NCBI GenBank assembly: GCA_964016885.1
Contig: OZ024743.1
Location: 331,700,001 to 331,764,000, forward strand
Reading direction: 5' to 3'
Length of the DNA: 64,000 nucleotides
Origin: Eledone cirrhosa
Taxonomy: Eukaryota
Shown here: positions 1-12,991 of the stretch, piece by piece
Layout: each line of letters opens with the position of its first letter
Position numbering within the stretch: position 1 is the first letter of the stretch
Position numbers and translations under genes: made by a program
The notes under the pieces: model-generated
The model's input: only the letters and a program-made list of their open reading frames with translations
Database searches by the model: none
What the model was told of the DNA's origin: nothing

Positions 1-2364
1 TAAGTGCTCGTCTTCAGCCCTTTCAAACGTGTCCACCATACTATCTCTTTCGCCATGGCCACCAGACAGATAAAAACTGCCTGCCCTTCCCGGCTAAAGG
101 AGGAGGGCGGGGCAATCCTCACGATGGACTCAGATGATAGCCGGATCCGTCCTAAACGCGACAGCAGGTGTTCGACATAAACCCACAAGTCAGCAATTTT
201 CGGACACTGGACGAGTGCGTGCAGGATGGTTTCGTCGCCCTGCGCGCATCTCGGACATGCCCGGCTGACGGCACCTCCATGCCTGTAGAGTTTATTCCGA
301 ACTGGCAAGGCTCCTCGGTAGCACTGCCAGGCCAGAGATTTCTGGAAGTTGTCCATAGGCCCTGGCCCGAAAGTTCTTCCGAAGAGATTGGCTAGTTGAT
401 TTTCGTCGACGCCTAGAGTTTCCCCAAGTACGTCGTCGCTCTTCCCCTCCACTAATCCTCTATAGAACGCCGAGGTGGAGTTTCCACCAATCACATTGCC
501 CGATTGGTCGAGGGCTGTGAGCGCCTGAAGACATTCCAGTCTCCAGGCGCTCCCTCTCGGTCTTCGCTTGACCCAGGACTGCAGCTCCGTCAAGGAAACG
601 AGCTGGGGAAATACGCATCTAGCAAACGGCGACCACACCTGATCACCGTCGAGGAAGAGGTGGAGATGTCGTAGCCTGAGCGCGTGCCTGCGCATCATCA
701 GCCACGGCATGCCCAGCCCTCCACGTAGCGGGTGTTGACAACAGATGGACCGCCTGACCATCGGAGCACGTCCCTTCCACAAAAAGCGAAAGAGCAAACG
801 CTCCAGCGCAGTCAGGCGAGGCTTAGGACAAGATACGACGGTCAGGCGGTAGCAGATGACAGACGCGATGTACGCGTTAGCCAGCTCCGCTCGACCTTTC
901 AGGGATAGCTTCCTCTCCGCCCATTTCTGGGTGAGAGAAGCCACCCTGCTCGTCACCTCGTCCCAGTTTTTGTCCGTCTGGAGGTCCGGACCGAACCAGA
1001 CCCCTAGCAATTTAACCGGTCCGTCCGTCCAGCGTCCGACGACGCTGTTGGACGGCATGGACCTGCCTCTCCAGGTGCCGAGCTGCAGGCCCACTGACTT
1101 TTCCTGGTTGATCATTGCTCCTGTCACCGCTTCGTATTCTCTTAGTGTAGTGCCGATCGCCTCGATGTGTTTGGCGTTCGACACCACTACGGTGACATCG
1201 TCGGCATATGCTGACACGGATCTTCCGCATCCTAGTTCGCGCGGAACTCCCCTCAACGTCTCCAGTTTGTGCAGTAATGGCTCGAGAGTCAATACGTACA
1301 AGAGGGACGAGAGGGGACATCCTTGGCGGACCGAGCGCATGATGTTGAACGGTTCCGACAGGTGACCGTTCACTCTCACCACAGAGCAGATGTCGCTGTG
1401 CATGGCAGCGATCCATCCTCTGAAGACGGGCCCAAAGCCAGCCACCCTCAGGACTGCCGCCAGGTAACGATGGTCGACCCTATCGAAAGCTTTCGACTGA
1501 TCTAAATTGATCAAGGACCCACCCGTGCCAGGTTCCTTAGCTACCCTCTCTATGATGTATCGCATGAGGTGGAGGTTGTCGTGGATGGATCTGTCGGGAA
1601 TGGCGCATGTCTGCGCCTCTCCCACCAGACCACCAACGACAAGCGCCAACCTCTTTGCTAGCACCTTGGCCAAAATCTTGAACTCTGTGTTTAGCAGAGT
1701 TATGGGCCAGAAATTATCTATGTTATCCCCCTTGTTCGGATCCTTTCTCAGCAGTGCCACCGCTCCTCGGCTCACAGAACTGGGAATTCTCCCGTTCTGT
1801 TGCCAGTTGCAGTAGACGTCCGCCAAGAGGCCTCCGAACAAGTCTGGCATCTGTACGTAAAGTTCATAGGGCAGACCATCCAAACCAGGCGATTTACCCC
1901 TTGTGCAGCCAGTCATTGCCTCCATTACTTCAGCGGCTGCTATCGGCTTTTCGCAACACTTCGCCTCAGTGGCCGAGAGCCGCGGCAGTCCGTCGAGGTA
2001 GACACTAAAGTCCATCCCTCTACCCGGCCCACCGCTGCCCCCGAACAGCTGAGCGAAGTGTCGCTGAAAAGCTTCACACATTTGCCCGGGATCGAGTAGC
2101 ATGCGCCCGTCGTGGTCCACCAAAGACCGGATCGTGGCTTTGTTGCCACGACGCGCCTCCGCCACTCGGGCCCATTGAACGGCTTTCGTCCCCTCGTGTC
2201 TGAGAGCACGCACCCTTGCTCTGACAATGCAGCCTTCGTGCTTTGCATTGAAGAATTGGTCAAGGGCCAATTTCGCCGCAAGCACGTCGGTCGCAATGCC
2301 TTTGCTAAGCGCCTCGTCTAATTTTCTAACTAGTTCTCCCTCTGCTCTATTTTTCTCTATTGCT
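1..2364 (-). mobile_element. 5'-truncated L1-clade (Tx1-like) non-LTR retrotransposon ORF2 (linker, RT, Cys-rich C-terminus); runs off the window at position 1
   Basis: Manual minus-strand translation in one frame: LINLDQSKAFDRVDH (~1470-1515), SVRQGCPLSSLLYVLTLEP, VSAYADDV (1194-1217), CPRCAQGDETILHALVQCP (~200-257). GC-rich against the AT-rich background. Missing from the ORF track, consistent with no stop before the window edge. Confidence 0.93.
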
Positions 2365-2383
2365 AATGATGATAATGATAATG

Positions 2384-2415
<32 letters not shown>

Positions 2416-2537
2416 GATAATAATAATGATAATAATGATAATAATAATGATAATAATGATAATGATAATAATAATGATAATCATAATCATAATGATAATG
2501 ATAATGATAATAATAATGATAATAATAATAATAATGA
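2365..2537 (+). repeat. (AAT/GAT)n trinucleotide microsatellite
   Basis: Directly visible. Confidence 0.97.
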
Positions 2538-2570
2538 TTTCTTTATTGGCTACGAGGGCTGACATCAAGA
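2538..2570 (-). mobile_element. Very short 3'-terminal fragment of a Tx1-like LINE
   Basis: Minus strand GATGTCAGCCCTCGTAGCCAATAAAGAAA followed by (ATT/ATC)n; similar to the terminus at 5368-5400. Confidence 0.55.
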
Positions 2571-2589
2571 AATAATAATAATAATAATG

Positions 2590-2667
2590 TTTCTTAATTG
2601 ACATGAGCACTCCAGAAGATGGTAACATCTCTTCCAAGAAGTTCGAAAAGCTCAGTAAGCTATCAAC
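2590..2667 (-). CDS. Candidate exon of an unidentified minus-strand gene (DSLLSFSNFLEEMLPSSGVLMSIKKH)
   Basis: Strong acceptor GTTTTCTTAATTTCAG and unique non-repetitive sequence; no clear donor before the ATT microsatellite; phase-compatible with one reading of the 6142-6279 exon. Confidence 0.3.
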
Positions 2668-2694
2668 TGAAATTAAGAAAACGCGGTATCTTAA

Positions 2695-2913
2695 CCCTTT
2701 AGCATTTAAACCAGCCATGTCCGGCCAGAATTCTCTCACCTCTTTCTGTTCAAATCGGCCATAACTGGCCACTCATACTTATGTTAAGGTATTGTTCTTA
2801 AAATAAATAACATCAAAATTCGTAGATTCAATATTATGTGAGATAATTATGTAAGATAAGCCTTTACCACAAACATACAATAGTAAATATAGAGTAATGT
2901 AAATGCTAAAGGG
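2695..2913. mobile_element. piggyBac-type MITE
   Basis: TTAA-CCCTTTAGCATTTA ... TAAATGCTAAAGGG-TTAA: 14-bp perfect TIRs with TTAA TSDs at 2691-2694 and 2914-2917. Confidence 0.88.
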
Positions 2914-2983
2914 TTAAGGCCTGTACATTGCCAGTGATATTTAATACACTTGGAAGGATAAAAAAGAGAACTGAAAAATATTG

Positions 2984-3171
2984 ACACATGTTTTACAATC
3001 AATTGTCATACAAATGAAACCACATAGTGCTGACCGGCACTGTCCAAGTCTTGAGAGGGGCATTATCAATTTAAAAACCTTGTAAAAGACATTTACAAAC
3101 AGTAGTAAAAGATATTTACTACTGTTTGTGCCCTTGGCATCATTTATATGACAATTGATAGTAAAATGTGT
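2984..3171. repeat. Foldback/MITE-like nested inverted repeat
   Basis: ~30-bp imperfect outer IR (ACACATGTTTTACAATCAATTGTCATA / TATGACAATTGATAGTAAAATGTGT) plus inner hairpin CAAACAGTAGTAAA / TTTACTACTGTTTG. Confidence 0.6.
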
Positions 3172-3859
3172 GTATTATAAAATTAAGCCTCAGGTGCCAA
3201 GTTGACACTTGGCATGATTGGAAAGAAGCAGAATTCAAAGGAACTTTCAAATAATGACGATAATAATAAAATAATAAAAATAATCAAGTACACTTATATG
3301 ATTGAATATCATTCTGTTATAAATATGCTAATGTACACATGTATAAAGCAAATAATATATTTGTAACTGTGTAAAGTGTGTGATGTGAAAAATATGGTGT
3401 GTTTATTTTTGTGGCTTATCAATGTATGTAGTGAGTTTCTCTGCCCTATGTGTTGGGGAATTGTTTGGCAAGAAATTGTAACAAAACTGAAGGACATATA
3501 ACTGAACACATATAATAATGGTTTCTGATTTAGAGACAAGCTAACAGTTTTGGAGGGAGGAGAAAGTCAATTAAATCAACCCTAGTACATGTATAAATTA
3601 TACTTAGTTAAACTAGTAAATAAACAAAATATCATAAAATTTAGGTAACAAGACCTGAAGTACCGGAACCTTATTTTTATGTTTATTATTGATTTTCAAA
3701 TTTTTGGTTGTTAAAATTGGGGTGTGCCCTCAAGGGTGAAGATTCTTTGACAACTGGAAATATGGAAGTTTGATGTTCTAACATTTCTGATTGAACAAAA
3801 TTGGTAAGTTCCAGTGGAGAAGAAGTGAACTTGGATTGTAGATCTTATGGTTGTATCAC

Positions 3860-4812
3860 TGATGGCAGTGGTGGTGATGGTGGCGGTGGTGATGGTGGTG
3901 GTGGCAGTGGTGATGGTGATGGTGGTGGTGATGATGGTGGTGGTGGTGGTGATGATGGTGGTGGTGGTGATGGTGGTGATGATGGTGGTGGTGGTGGTGA
4001 TGGTGGTGGTAGTGGTGGTGATGATGGTGGTGGTGATGGTGGTGATGATGGTGGTGGTGGTGGTGATGATGGTGGTGGTGGTGATGGTGGTGGTGGTGGT
4101 GATGATGGTGGTGGTGGTGGTAATGGTGAGGACATTAATGATGATGATGAAGAACATGGTGTTGAGTATGAAGAGGACAAGGATGATGATGACAGTGAAG
4201 GTACAAATGGTAATGATAATGATGATGGTGGTGAAGACACTAATAGAGATGATGATAATGAAGACAATAATAATGATGATAATAATGATGATAATAATTA
4301 TCATGATAGTGGTTATGATGATGATGATAATATTGAGGATGATAATGGTGATGATGATAATGGTGATGATAATAGTGATGATGATAATGGTGATGATGAT
4401 AGTGATGATGATAATGGTGATGATGATAATAGTGATGATGATAATGATGATGATGATAATAGTGCTGATGATAGTGATGATGATAATAGTGATGATGATA
4501 GTGATGATAGTGGTGATGATAATAGTGATGATGATAGTGATGATAATAATGATGATGATTATGGTGATGATAATAGTGATGATGATAGTGATGATGATAA
4601 TAGTGATGGTGATAGTGATGATGATGATAATAGTGATGGTGATAGTGATGATGATGATAATAGTGATGATAATAGTGATGATAATGGTGATGATAATAGT
4701 GATGATAATGGTGATGATGATAATAGTGATGATGATTATGGTGATGATAATAGTGATGATGATAGTGATGATGATAGTGATGATGATAATAGTGATGATG
4801 ATAATAGTGATG
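3860..4812 (+). repeat. Compound (GGT/GAT) to (GAT/AAT/AGT) trinucleotide low-complexity tract
   Basis: Directly visible; gives ORFs in several frames on both strands. Confidence 0.95.
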
Positions 4813-4859
4813 TGACATCTAGCATTATAAATCAATTTAATAAAAAGTAATCACTAAAT

Positions 4860-5360
4860 AATGGCTTCAAAATTTGGCCCAAGGCCAACAATCTGGGGAG
4901 GGAGGGGAAGTCTACCAAATCTACCCCAGTGCATTACTGATACTTTATTTTAGCAAACCCGTAAGGATGGAAGGTAAAGCTAACTTGGATTTGAACTCAG
5001 AACATAAACTAATGTAACTATATGCTACAAAGCATGTTTTCTGATGCTCTACCAATCCACCACCTTTTATAATAATAATAATAATAATTGTTTCTACTTT
5101 AGGCACAAGGCCAGCAATTACCCAGTGCATTACTGGTACTTTATTTTATCGACCCCGTAAGGATGAAAGGCAAAGTCAACGTCGGCGGGATTTGAACTCA
5201 GATCGTAAAGGGATGTAATTATGCTGGAAAGCATGGCGTCCGACCCTCTACCGATACTGCCAATCCACCGCCCTATAATAATAATAATGTTTTCTGATTT
5301 AGGCACAAGGCCAACACTTTTGTGGGAGGGGAAAGTCGATTAAATCTACCCCAGTGTGTT
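4860..5360 (-). mobile_element. Cluster of family B tRNA-derived SINEs (full copy ~5085-5275 plus degenerate or partial copies)
   Basis: A box TGGCAGTATCGG, B box GAGTTCAAATCC, central GCCTTTCATCCTTACGGGGTCGATAAAATAAAGTACCAG, tail GTAGAAACAATTATT. Confidence 0.85.
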
Positions 5361-5367
5361 ATAATAA

Positions 5368-5683
5368 TAATTTTTTTATTAGCCATACAGGGCTCACATT
5401 AAGAAAACATTAAAGATGGCACAGGACGATAGTGTGTGTGGGGTGGGGTGGGGGGTGAAATATAATTTATAAGAGAGACTAAGAAAATTAAACATTTAAA
5501 AAAACAAACAAATTCCCCAAAGGTGAGGAGATTCCAAGGGTCACTCATGTAGAAACCCCACAAAAGGCATGTTCACCCTGTCTGCCAGGGCAAAGTGCCC
5601 TCTCTCAGTTGTTCCCCTCCAATCTACAGGGGTATGCTCAAGGTAGGCCCATTCACACAGACCATACTCACCACTCTCACCCA
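5368..5683 (-). mobile_element. 3'-end fragment of a Tx1-like LINE (last codons plus 3' UTR)
   Basis: Minus frame WVRVVSMVCVNGPTLSIPL*, then a UTR ending GAGCCCTGTATGGCTAATAAAAAAATTATT; (AAT)n on both sides. Confidence 0.55.
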
Positions 5684-6141
5684 ATAATAATAATAATAAT
5701 ACCTGTATAATTTTTAATACCAAAATAAGATATAAATATTAATTTGAAATGTGTACGTCCCAAACCAAATGACAATAATAATAATCAATCACTATAAATA
5801 TTAGTTGAGAAAATTGGATAAAGTACCCCAGGTGATGACGAAAATATCTTAGGCAGCAGCACTTTACCTGATTTTCTCAATTATTACTTATAGTGATCAA
5901 CTATTATTATGGTTGTTTCCGTTGAGACATGCACATTAAACATTTCAAATGTTTCCAATGCTACTTAAGTAAACCGCTTTGTTTATAAATATTAATATAA
6001 ATAAAATATGAAGAAAAAAAAACAGAAATAAAATATAACAATAAAGTTACATTTGATGTGGCATTAAACATGTTGTGTATGGAATGGTGTGGAATGGTGA
6101 GGAAAACGGAGAAAGGAGTGAAAGGTGGAAATCTAACTTAC

Positions 6142-6279
6142 TCCATTGTGCCGGAGTCTGGTGTTCTTCAAGTGAACAAGGTTCAATTCCCAGAAGTTTG
6201 TCAGCCCAGAGGTAATGGTGCCAGTAGCAGCATTCTTGAAATAAAGACTTGTGTCTTCCTCTTTCTCCCTAGCTATGAA
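6142..6279 (-). CDS. Candidate internal exon (138 nt) of an unidentified minus-strand gene
   Basis: Acceptor TGTCTGTCTAG, consensus donor GTAAGT. Open frame FIAREKEEDTSLYFKNAATGTITSGLTNFWELNLVHLKNTRLRHNG; an alternative open frame from a nearby AG gives GERGRHKSLFQECCYWHHYLWADKLLGIEPCSLEEHQTPAQW. Product not recognised. Confidence 0.5.
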
Positions 6280-6829
6280 CTAGACAGACAGACAGACACA
6301 CACACACACATGTATGTATATGTGTGAATGTATGTAGGTAGGTAGGGTGTGTGTGTGTGTGTATTTATACACACAAATACACACACATATGTATGTATGT
6401 ATTATATATATATGTATACACATACACTGTCTGCTTCACAAAGCGTCTAGCTTCAAACATACCTTACCATTCCAGCCCACACCACCCCACCACCACCACC
6501 ACACCCTATACTACTACCACCACCACCTTAACACCACACCACACCACACCACACCACACCACACCACACCACCACCATCAACACCAAGTCACTAGCTCTG
6601 CCACAGTAGTAGGGATGATGAAAAAAAAGTTAGGGTAAACCTAGAAAGAGGTGGGGGTAGGTACAAGAAATGAGGGGTAGATAGAGAAAGGGGTGAGGTG
6701 ATGGAGGAACAGTGATATGGAGAATATAGCCAGGGGAGAGGGGGGGGAGGAAATTGAGAAGCAGAAGACATGTAATAGCATATTTCTTGTTCTTTCATAT
6801 GGCACTACCTCAAACTAACAACACTACCT

Positions 6830-7490
6830 ATATATATCTTACACTGTATACTACATTGTATGTTATACACTGTATACTACATTGTATGTTATACACTGCA
6901 TAGACCAGCCTTTATATACTACACTGTATATTCTATACTATATATCATACACTGTATATACTACACTTTATATACTACACTGTATATTCTATACTATATA
7001 TCATACACTGTATATTCTACACTATATATCATACACTGTATGTTATACAATGTATGATATATAATGTATAGACCAACAGTGTAGGGTATACGGTGTGGGA
7101 TATACAGTGTATATACTACAGTGTATGGTGTATAATGTATGGTGTACAGTGTATGATGTACAGTGTATAATATGCAGTGTAGTATATATAATTGTTTCTA
7201 CATTTGGCACAAGGCCAGCAATTACCCAGTACATTACTGGTACTTTATTTTATTGACCCTGTAAAGATGAAAGGTCGAGGTTAACTTTGTCTTTGATCCT
7301 TATGGGGTTGATAAAATAAAGTATACTATACACTGTATATCCTACACTGTACACCTTACACTGTAGTATATACACTGTATACCCTACACTGTATATCATA
7401 CACTGTAGTATATACACTGCATATTATACACTGTATATTATACACTGTATACACCACCCATATATCCTACACTGTATATCACACACTAAA
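6830..7490 (+). repeat. Degenerate TACACTGTA-type minisatellite with an inverted internal block and a SINE B fragment
   Basis: Repeated tacactgtata; the 7055-7190 block reads tacagtgta (reverse complement); SINE B tail at ~7190-7320. Confidence 0.75.
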
Positions 7491-7767
7491 TACACCACTA
7501 AAACAATAACAACAGACCCTTAATGTAACAGCAGTACCTGTATACACCACCAATAACACCACTGCTGCCGCTACAAACACCACCGACACCGCCAACATCA
7601 CTGACAACACCACCATCATAACCACCACCAACACCACTACCATCATAACCACCACCATCATGTATAGTGTGAGCCACACCCAAGGTGTATTATAACACCC
7701 TAAACCTTTACACTTTACATGTTTTAAGTTGAAGTTATGGTTTATCAATCTGTTGCTCTCTACCTCT

Positions 7768-7769
<2 letters not shown>

Positions 7770-7814
<45 letters not shown>

Positions 7815-7815
7815 C

Positions 7816-7863
<48 letters not shown>

Positions 7864-7882
7864 CATATATATATATATATAT

Positions 7883-7927
<45 letters not shown>

Positions 7928-7943
7928 CATATATATGTGTGAT

Positions 7944-8029
<86 letters not shown>

Positions 8030-8031
8030 AT

Positions 8032-8077
<46 letters not shown>

Positions 8078-8087
8078 TATGTGTGAT

Positions 8088-8151
<64 letters not shown>

Positions 8152-8200
8152 CATATATATATATGTTTATATATATATACACACACACACACATATATAC
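7770..8200 (+). repeat. (TA)n compound microsatellite
   Basis: Directly visible. Confidence 0.97.
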
Positions 8201-8819
8201 ATGTTTCAGCGCAGGCTCTATGAATGGAATGTGTATGCATGTGTGTGTGTACATATATATTTTATGACTGTATGTGTCTGTGTCAATGTGTGCATGTATG
8301 TGTAAATATTTATCCATCTGTGTGTGTGTGTACATATATCTATCTATAGATCCATGTGTGTGTTCATAAACGCTGGACCCCTATCCAAACTCCAAACGTC
8401 CCCAGGTAAGGTGTATGTGTGTGTGTGATTGGCATTAGAAAGGGCATCCAGCTGTAGAAACCAAGCCAAAATCACTTCTGTATGAGCAAGACATGGTCAT
8501 CTGACCTCGATTTGTCTCAAATAGGACAACCCATCTAACCCATACTAACGTGGAAAATGGACGTTAAACAGTGATGATGATCATACAACTGACTGAACAC
8601 ATGTGTGAATTTTCACCAAAAATATAAGATCAACAATATGTATGAATACAACATGGTCACCGAACCATCCTAGCCTTAGAACCTGAAAATCTGTGTAACC
8701 CATGTAGGCATGGAAAATAGACATTAAATTGTGATATATATGTAATAATACAGTTAGTTAATCACTGATTCTATTGTATGCAGGATATAATAATAGTGTA
8801 TATATATATATATATATAT

Positions 8820-9164
8820 GAAGGCACATGGCTTAGTGGTTAGAGCATTGGCCTTGCAATCGAAAGGTTGTGAGTTCAATTCTCAGACCGGGTGATGTGT
8901 TGTTTCCTTGAGCAAGACACTTTATTTCACATTGCTCCAGTTTACTCAGCTGTAGAAATGAGATGATCGGGAATGAGGTCCCTATCATTCCACTGCAAAG
9001 TGGTCGTGGAGGTGCCACGGCAAAAAATCACCCAGCACTCACTGTAAATGAGGTTGGTGTTAGGAAGGGCATCCAGCTGTAGAAATCAAGCCAGAATCAG
9101 TTCCCGTCCCACCCTTGCAAGCAGGGAAAAGCGGACGTAAAATGAAATGATGAAATGATGATGA
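8820..9164 (+). mobile_element. Family A tRNA-derived SINE with CORE-like centre and RTE-derived 3' tail
   Basis: A box TGGCTTAGTGG, B box GAGTTCAATTC, CCTTGAGCAAGACACTTTA centre, tail GGTTGGTGTTAGGAAGGGCATCCAGCTGTAGAAA...GGACGTAAAA(TGA)n; sits inside (TA)n. Confidence 0.9.
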
Positions 9165-9259
9165 TATATATATAGACACACATAAACACACATATATATA
9201 TATATAGTAATATATAAGCAAACAAAGAATCAGTTTTGCATCTTATACATGTTTAATTG

Positions 9260-9349
9260 CATATTACATATGTTTCACTGTCAATCAGCTCAAGGAACGA
9301 TCTATTAATGACCGAATCTGACTCAGGAATCGAAAGCTCCTCAGAAATG
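9260..9349 (-). ncRNA. Type I hammerhead ribozyme motif (copy 1)
   Basis: Minus RNA CAUUU-CUGAGGA-GCU...AGU-GAAAC-AUAU-GUA-AUAUG; full catalytic core, palindromic stem III, one U-U mismatch in stem I. Confidence 0.65.
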
Positions 9350-9837
9350 TGTTAACATGTAGACTCGTGTCTGAGAGTGTCAGACGTGAGTCTACATGTA
9401 ATAATGTAAATAGTGTCTATAATTAGGTACTTGGACATCTTTTTCTTGGTTGCCTTCAGGAGTATAGAGAAACATCAGAGATTTTGAAGAATCTTAAAGA
9501 TTTAAAATAAAACTCAAACTTAAATTTGTTTCACATACTAGACAAACACATTTATATTTAAAAGTTTTAAGCAATTACATCAACCTCACTTCAATAATCA
9601 ATTTATCAGTCTATTTATGGAATGGCTAAATTCACCTATTGAGTTACAAACCTTTAGATGCCTCAGCAAAATTACATTTTTTTTTGCTTAACTTATGAGA
9701 TGACCTGTAAAATTTGACTTTAGATCACCAAGAAAAATTATATGAGGTGAGCTTACAACTGGGGGTCATCATAGAAAGCTATATGAAGTGACATATGAAC
9801 AGAAGTTGACTGGGTCTTAAAACCAACTTAAGTACCT

Positions 9838-10840
9838 GACTGCTGAGGATCACATGTGGGTTGTTACTGCTCAGCTCAGGTGACACTGACTAACAGACTG
9901 CTGAGGATCACATGTGAGTTGTCACTGCTCAGCTAAGGTGACACTGACTAACAGACTGCTGAGGATCACATGTGGGTTGTCACTGCTCAGCTAAAGTGAC
10001 ACTGACTAACAGACTGCTGAGGCTCACATGTGAGTTGTCACTGCTCAGCTAAGGTGACACTGACTAACAAACTGCTGAGGATCAGAGGTGGGTTGTCACT
10101 GATCAGCTAAGGTGACACTGACTAATGGATTGCCGAGTCTCAGAAGTGGGTTGTCACTGATCAGCTAAGGTGACACTGACTAATGGATTATGAGGGTCAG
10201 AAGTGGGTTGTCACTGATCAGCTAAGGTGACACTGACTAATGGATTGCTGAGGATCAGCGGTGGGTTGTCACTGATCAGCTAAGGTGACACTGACTAATG
10301 GATTGCTGAGGATCAGCGGTGGGTTGTCACTGATCAGCTAAGGTGACACTGACTAATGGATTGCTGAGGATCAGAGGTGGGTTGTCACTGATCAGTTAAG
10401 GTGATCAGCGGTGGGTTGTCACTGATCAGCTAAGGTGACACTGACTAATGGCATGCTTAGGATCAGAGGTGGGTTGTCACTGATCAGCTAAGATGACACT
10501 GAATAATGGATTATGAGGGTCAGAGGTGGGTTGTCACTGATCAGTTAAGGTGACACTGACTAATGGATTGCTGAGGATCAGAGGTGGGTTGTCACTGATC
10601 AGCTAAGGTGACACTGACTAATGGATTGCTGAGGCTCAGAAGTGGGTTGTCACTGATCAGCTAAGGTGACACTGACTAATGGATTGCTGAGGATCAGAGG
10701 TGGGTTGTCACTGATCAGCTAAGGTGACACTGACTAATGCATTGCTGAGGATCAGCGGTGGGTTGTCACTGATCAGCTAAGGTGACACTGACTAATGGAT
10801 TGCTGAGGGTCAGAGGTGTGATTTCACTGCTTAACTAAGG
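9838..10840 (+). repeat. 58-bp minisatellite, ~17 copies
   Basis: Unit CTGACTAATGGATTGCTGAGGATCAGAGGTGGGTTGTCACTGATCAGCTAAGGTGACA. Confidence 0.95.
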
Positions 10841-11104
10841 TATGTTCCATTTTCATTTCAATCTTTGTGCAACAGCTATATCTTCAGTTTTTTGTAACAA
10901 TTTTACATTTTCTTAAACCCAGTCCAGTGGTCCTTTGGCCATTTTTCAATACACCTATAGCTAGTTCCCTTCTGCCTCTAAAATGAGGTCATGATACAAT
11001 GTTATGTTATGACCCTTGAACCTGAATGTTATATGAAGTAAACTTTGACCTTTAGTTATAAAATGTTATCAAGATATAGCTTAATAGAAACTTTAATTAT
11101 TGTA

Positions 11105-11295
11105 ATAATTGTTTCTACTTTAGGCACAAGGCCAGCAATTACCCAGTACATTACTGGTACTTTATTTTATCGACCCTGTAAGGATGAAAGGCAAAGTTAA
11201 CCTCGGCGGGATTTGAACTCAGACTGTAAAGGGACGTAACTATGCTAGAAAGCATGGCGTCCGACCCTCTACCGATACTGCCAATCCTCTGCCTT
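11105..11295 (-). mobile_element. SINE family B, full length
   Basis: Near identical to 5085-5275. Confidence 0.9.
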
Positions 11296-11873
11296 TAATT
11301 GTTGTAATAATGCTGAACTAAAAGTAATGATAAGATTTTCACAATATATTCTCAAGTCTGGTCTAGTACATGACTACCTGTCTAGTGCTGATGCCATGAT
11401 AAAAAGTACCCAGTACACCCTATAAAGTGGAAGTATTGGTGTCACAAAACATACAACATTACAGTCTTAAAGGTGGTTGGCATTAGGAAAGGTTTCCAGA
11501 CATGGAAACCATCCTAAATATGGAACATAAACAAAATGAGGTCACTCTGACCTGACTAATCACAGATCATGGCAACCCATCCAACCCACACCAGTGTGAA
11601 AAGAAGGCAAAGAATGATGATGACAACGATGATAATAGCTGGTGTATATTTGTAGTTGTGAAAGATGTTAGAGTTACTAGTGCTGGTGCGTGTGGTGTGA
11701 TCGGAGAATGTCTTATAAACTGAAATGGCACAGTCACAAGAAGAGAATGATTTCTTAGACAAAATAAAGTTGAAAGAAATCAATACAAGAAGAGAGACAT
11801 AACTAGAGCCATCTAAATATCTATCTCTCATATATATATATATATATATACACATATATATATATATAAATAT

Positions 11874-11910
<37 letters not shown>

Positions 11911-11912
11911 CG

Positions 11913-11944
<32 letters not shown>

Positions 11945-11953
11945 GACACACAC

Positions 11954-11986
<33 letters not shown>

Positions 11987-11995
11987 GACACACAC

Positions 11996-12026
<31 letters not shown>

Positions 12027-12027
12027 G

Positions 12028-12076
<49 letters not shown>

Positions 12077-12077
<1 letters not shown>

Positions 12078-12417
12078 GAGGCATATGGCTTAGTGGTAAG
12101 AGCATTGGCCTTGCAATCGAAAGATTGTGAGTTCAATTCTCAGACCGGGTGATCTGTTGCTTCCTTGAGCAAGACACTTTATTTCACATTGCTTCAGTTT
12201 ACACAGCTGTAGAAATGAGATGATAGGGCCTGGGGTCCCTATCATTCCACTGCAAAGTGGTCGTGGAGGTGCCACGGCAAAAAAGCACCCAGCACTCACT
12301 GTAAATGAGGTTGGTGTTAGGAAGGGCATCCAGCTGTAGAAATCAAGCCAGAATCAGTTCCCGTCCCACCCTTGCAAGCAGGGAAAAGCGGACGTAAAAT
12401 GATGATAAAATGATGAT

Positions 12418-12460
<43 letters not shown>

Positions 12461-12897
12461 TATGGAAGCACATGGCTTAGTGGTTAGAGCATTGGGCTTG
12501 CAATCGAAAGGTTGTGAGTTCAATTCTCAGACCGGGTGGTGTGTTGTTTCCTTGAGCAAGACACTTTATTTCACATTGCTCCAGTTTACTCAGCTGTAGA
12601 AATGAGATGATAGGGACTGGGGTCCTTATCATTCCACTGCAAAGTGGTCGTGGAGGTGCCACGGCAAAAAAGCACGCAGCACTCACTGTAAATGAGGTTG
12701 GTGTTAGGAAGGGCATCCATCTGTAGAAATCAAGCCAGAATCACTTCCCGTCCCACCCTTGCAAGCAGGGAAAAGTGGACGTAAAATGATGATGATGATA
12801 TATATATATATATATATACACACACATATATATATATATTGATGATGGCGATGACTTTGATACAAAGATACCTAAAGGGCTAGATGACATATGCGTC

Positions 12898-12991
<94 letters not shown>

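Noticed and set aside
3801-4850. 349-aa Gly/Asp-rich ORF resembling an acidic biomineralisation protein
   Set aside because: Trinucleotide low-complexity tract open in many frames on both strands; no signal peptide; similar tracts recur throughout the window
7735-8335. Many YI/HT/CV-repeat ORFs here and elsewhere
   Set aside because: Translations of (TA)n, (CA)n and (TG)n microsatellites
8820-8895. tRNA gene
   Set aside because: A and B boxes are present but continue into a SINE body repeated many times; SINE head rather than tRNA
9459-9510. Plus-strand acceptor followed by EYRETSEILKNLKDLK*
   Set aside because: Too short, with no supported upstream exon
9838-10840. CRISPR-like appearance of the hairpin-containing repeats (also 33010-33650 and 55688-56465)
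   Set aside because: No unique spacers, no cas genes, eukaryotic context; these are plain tandem repeats
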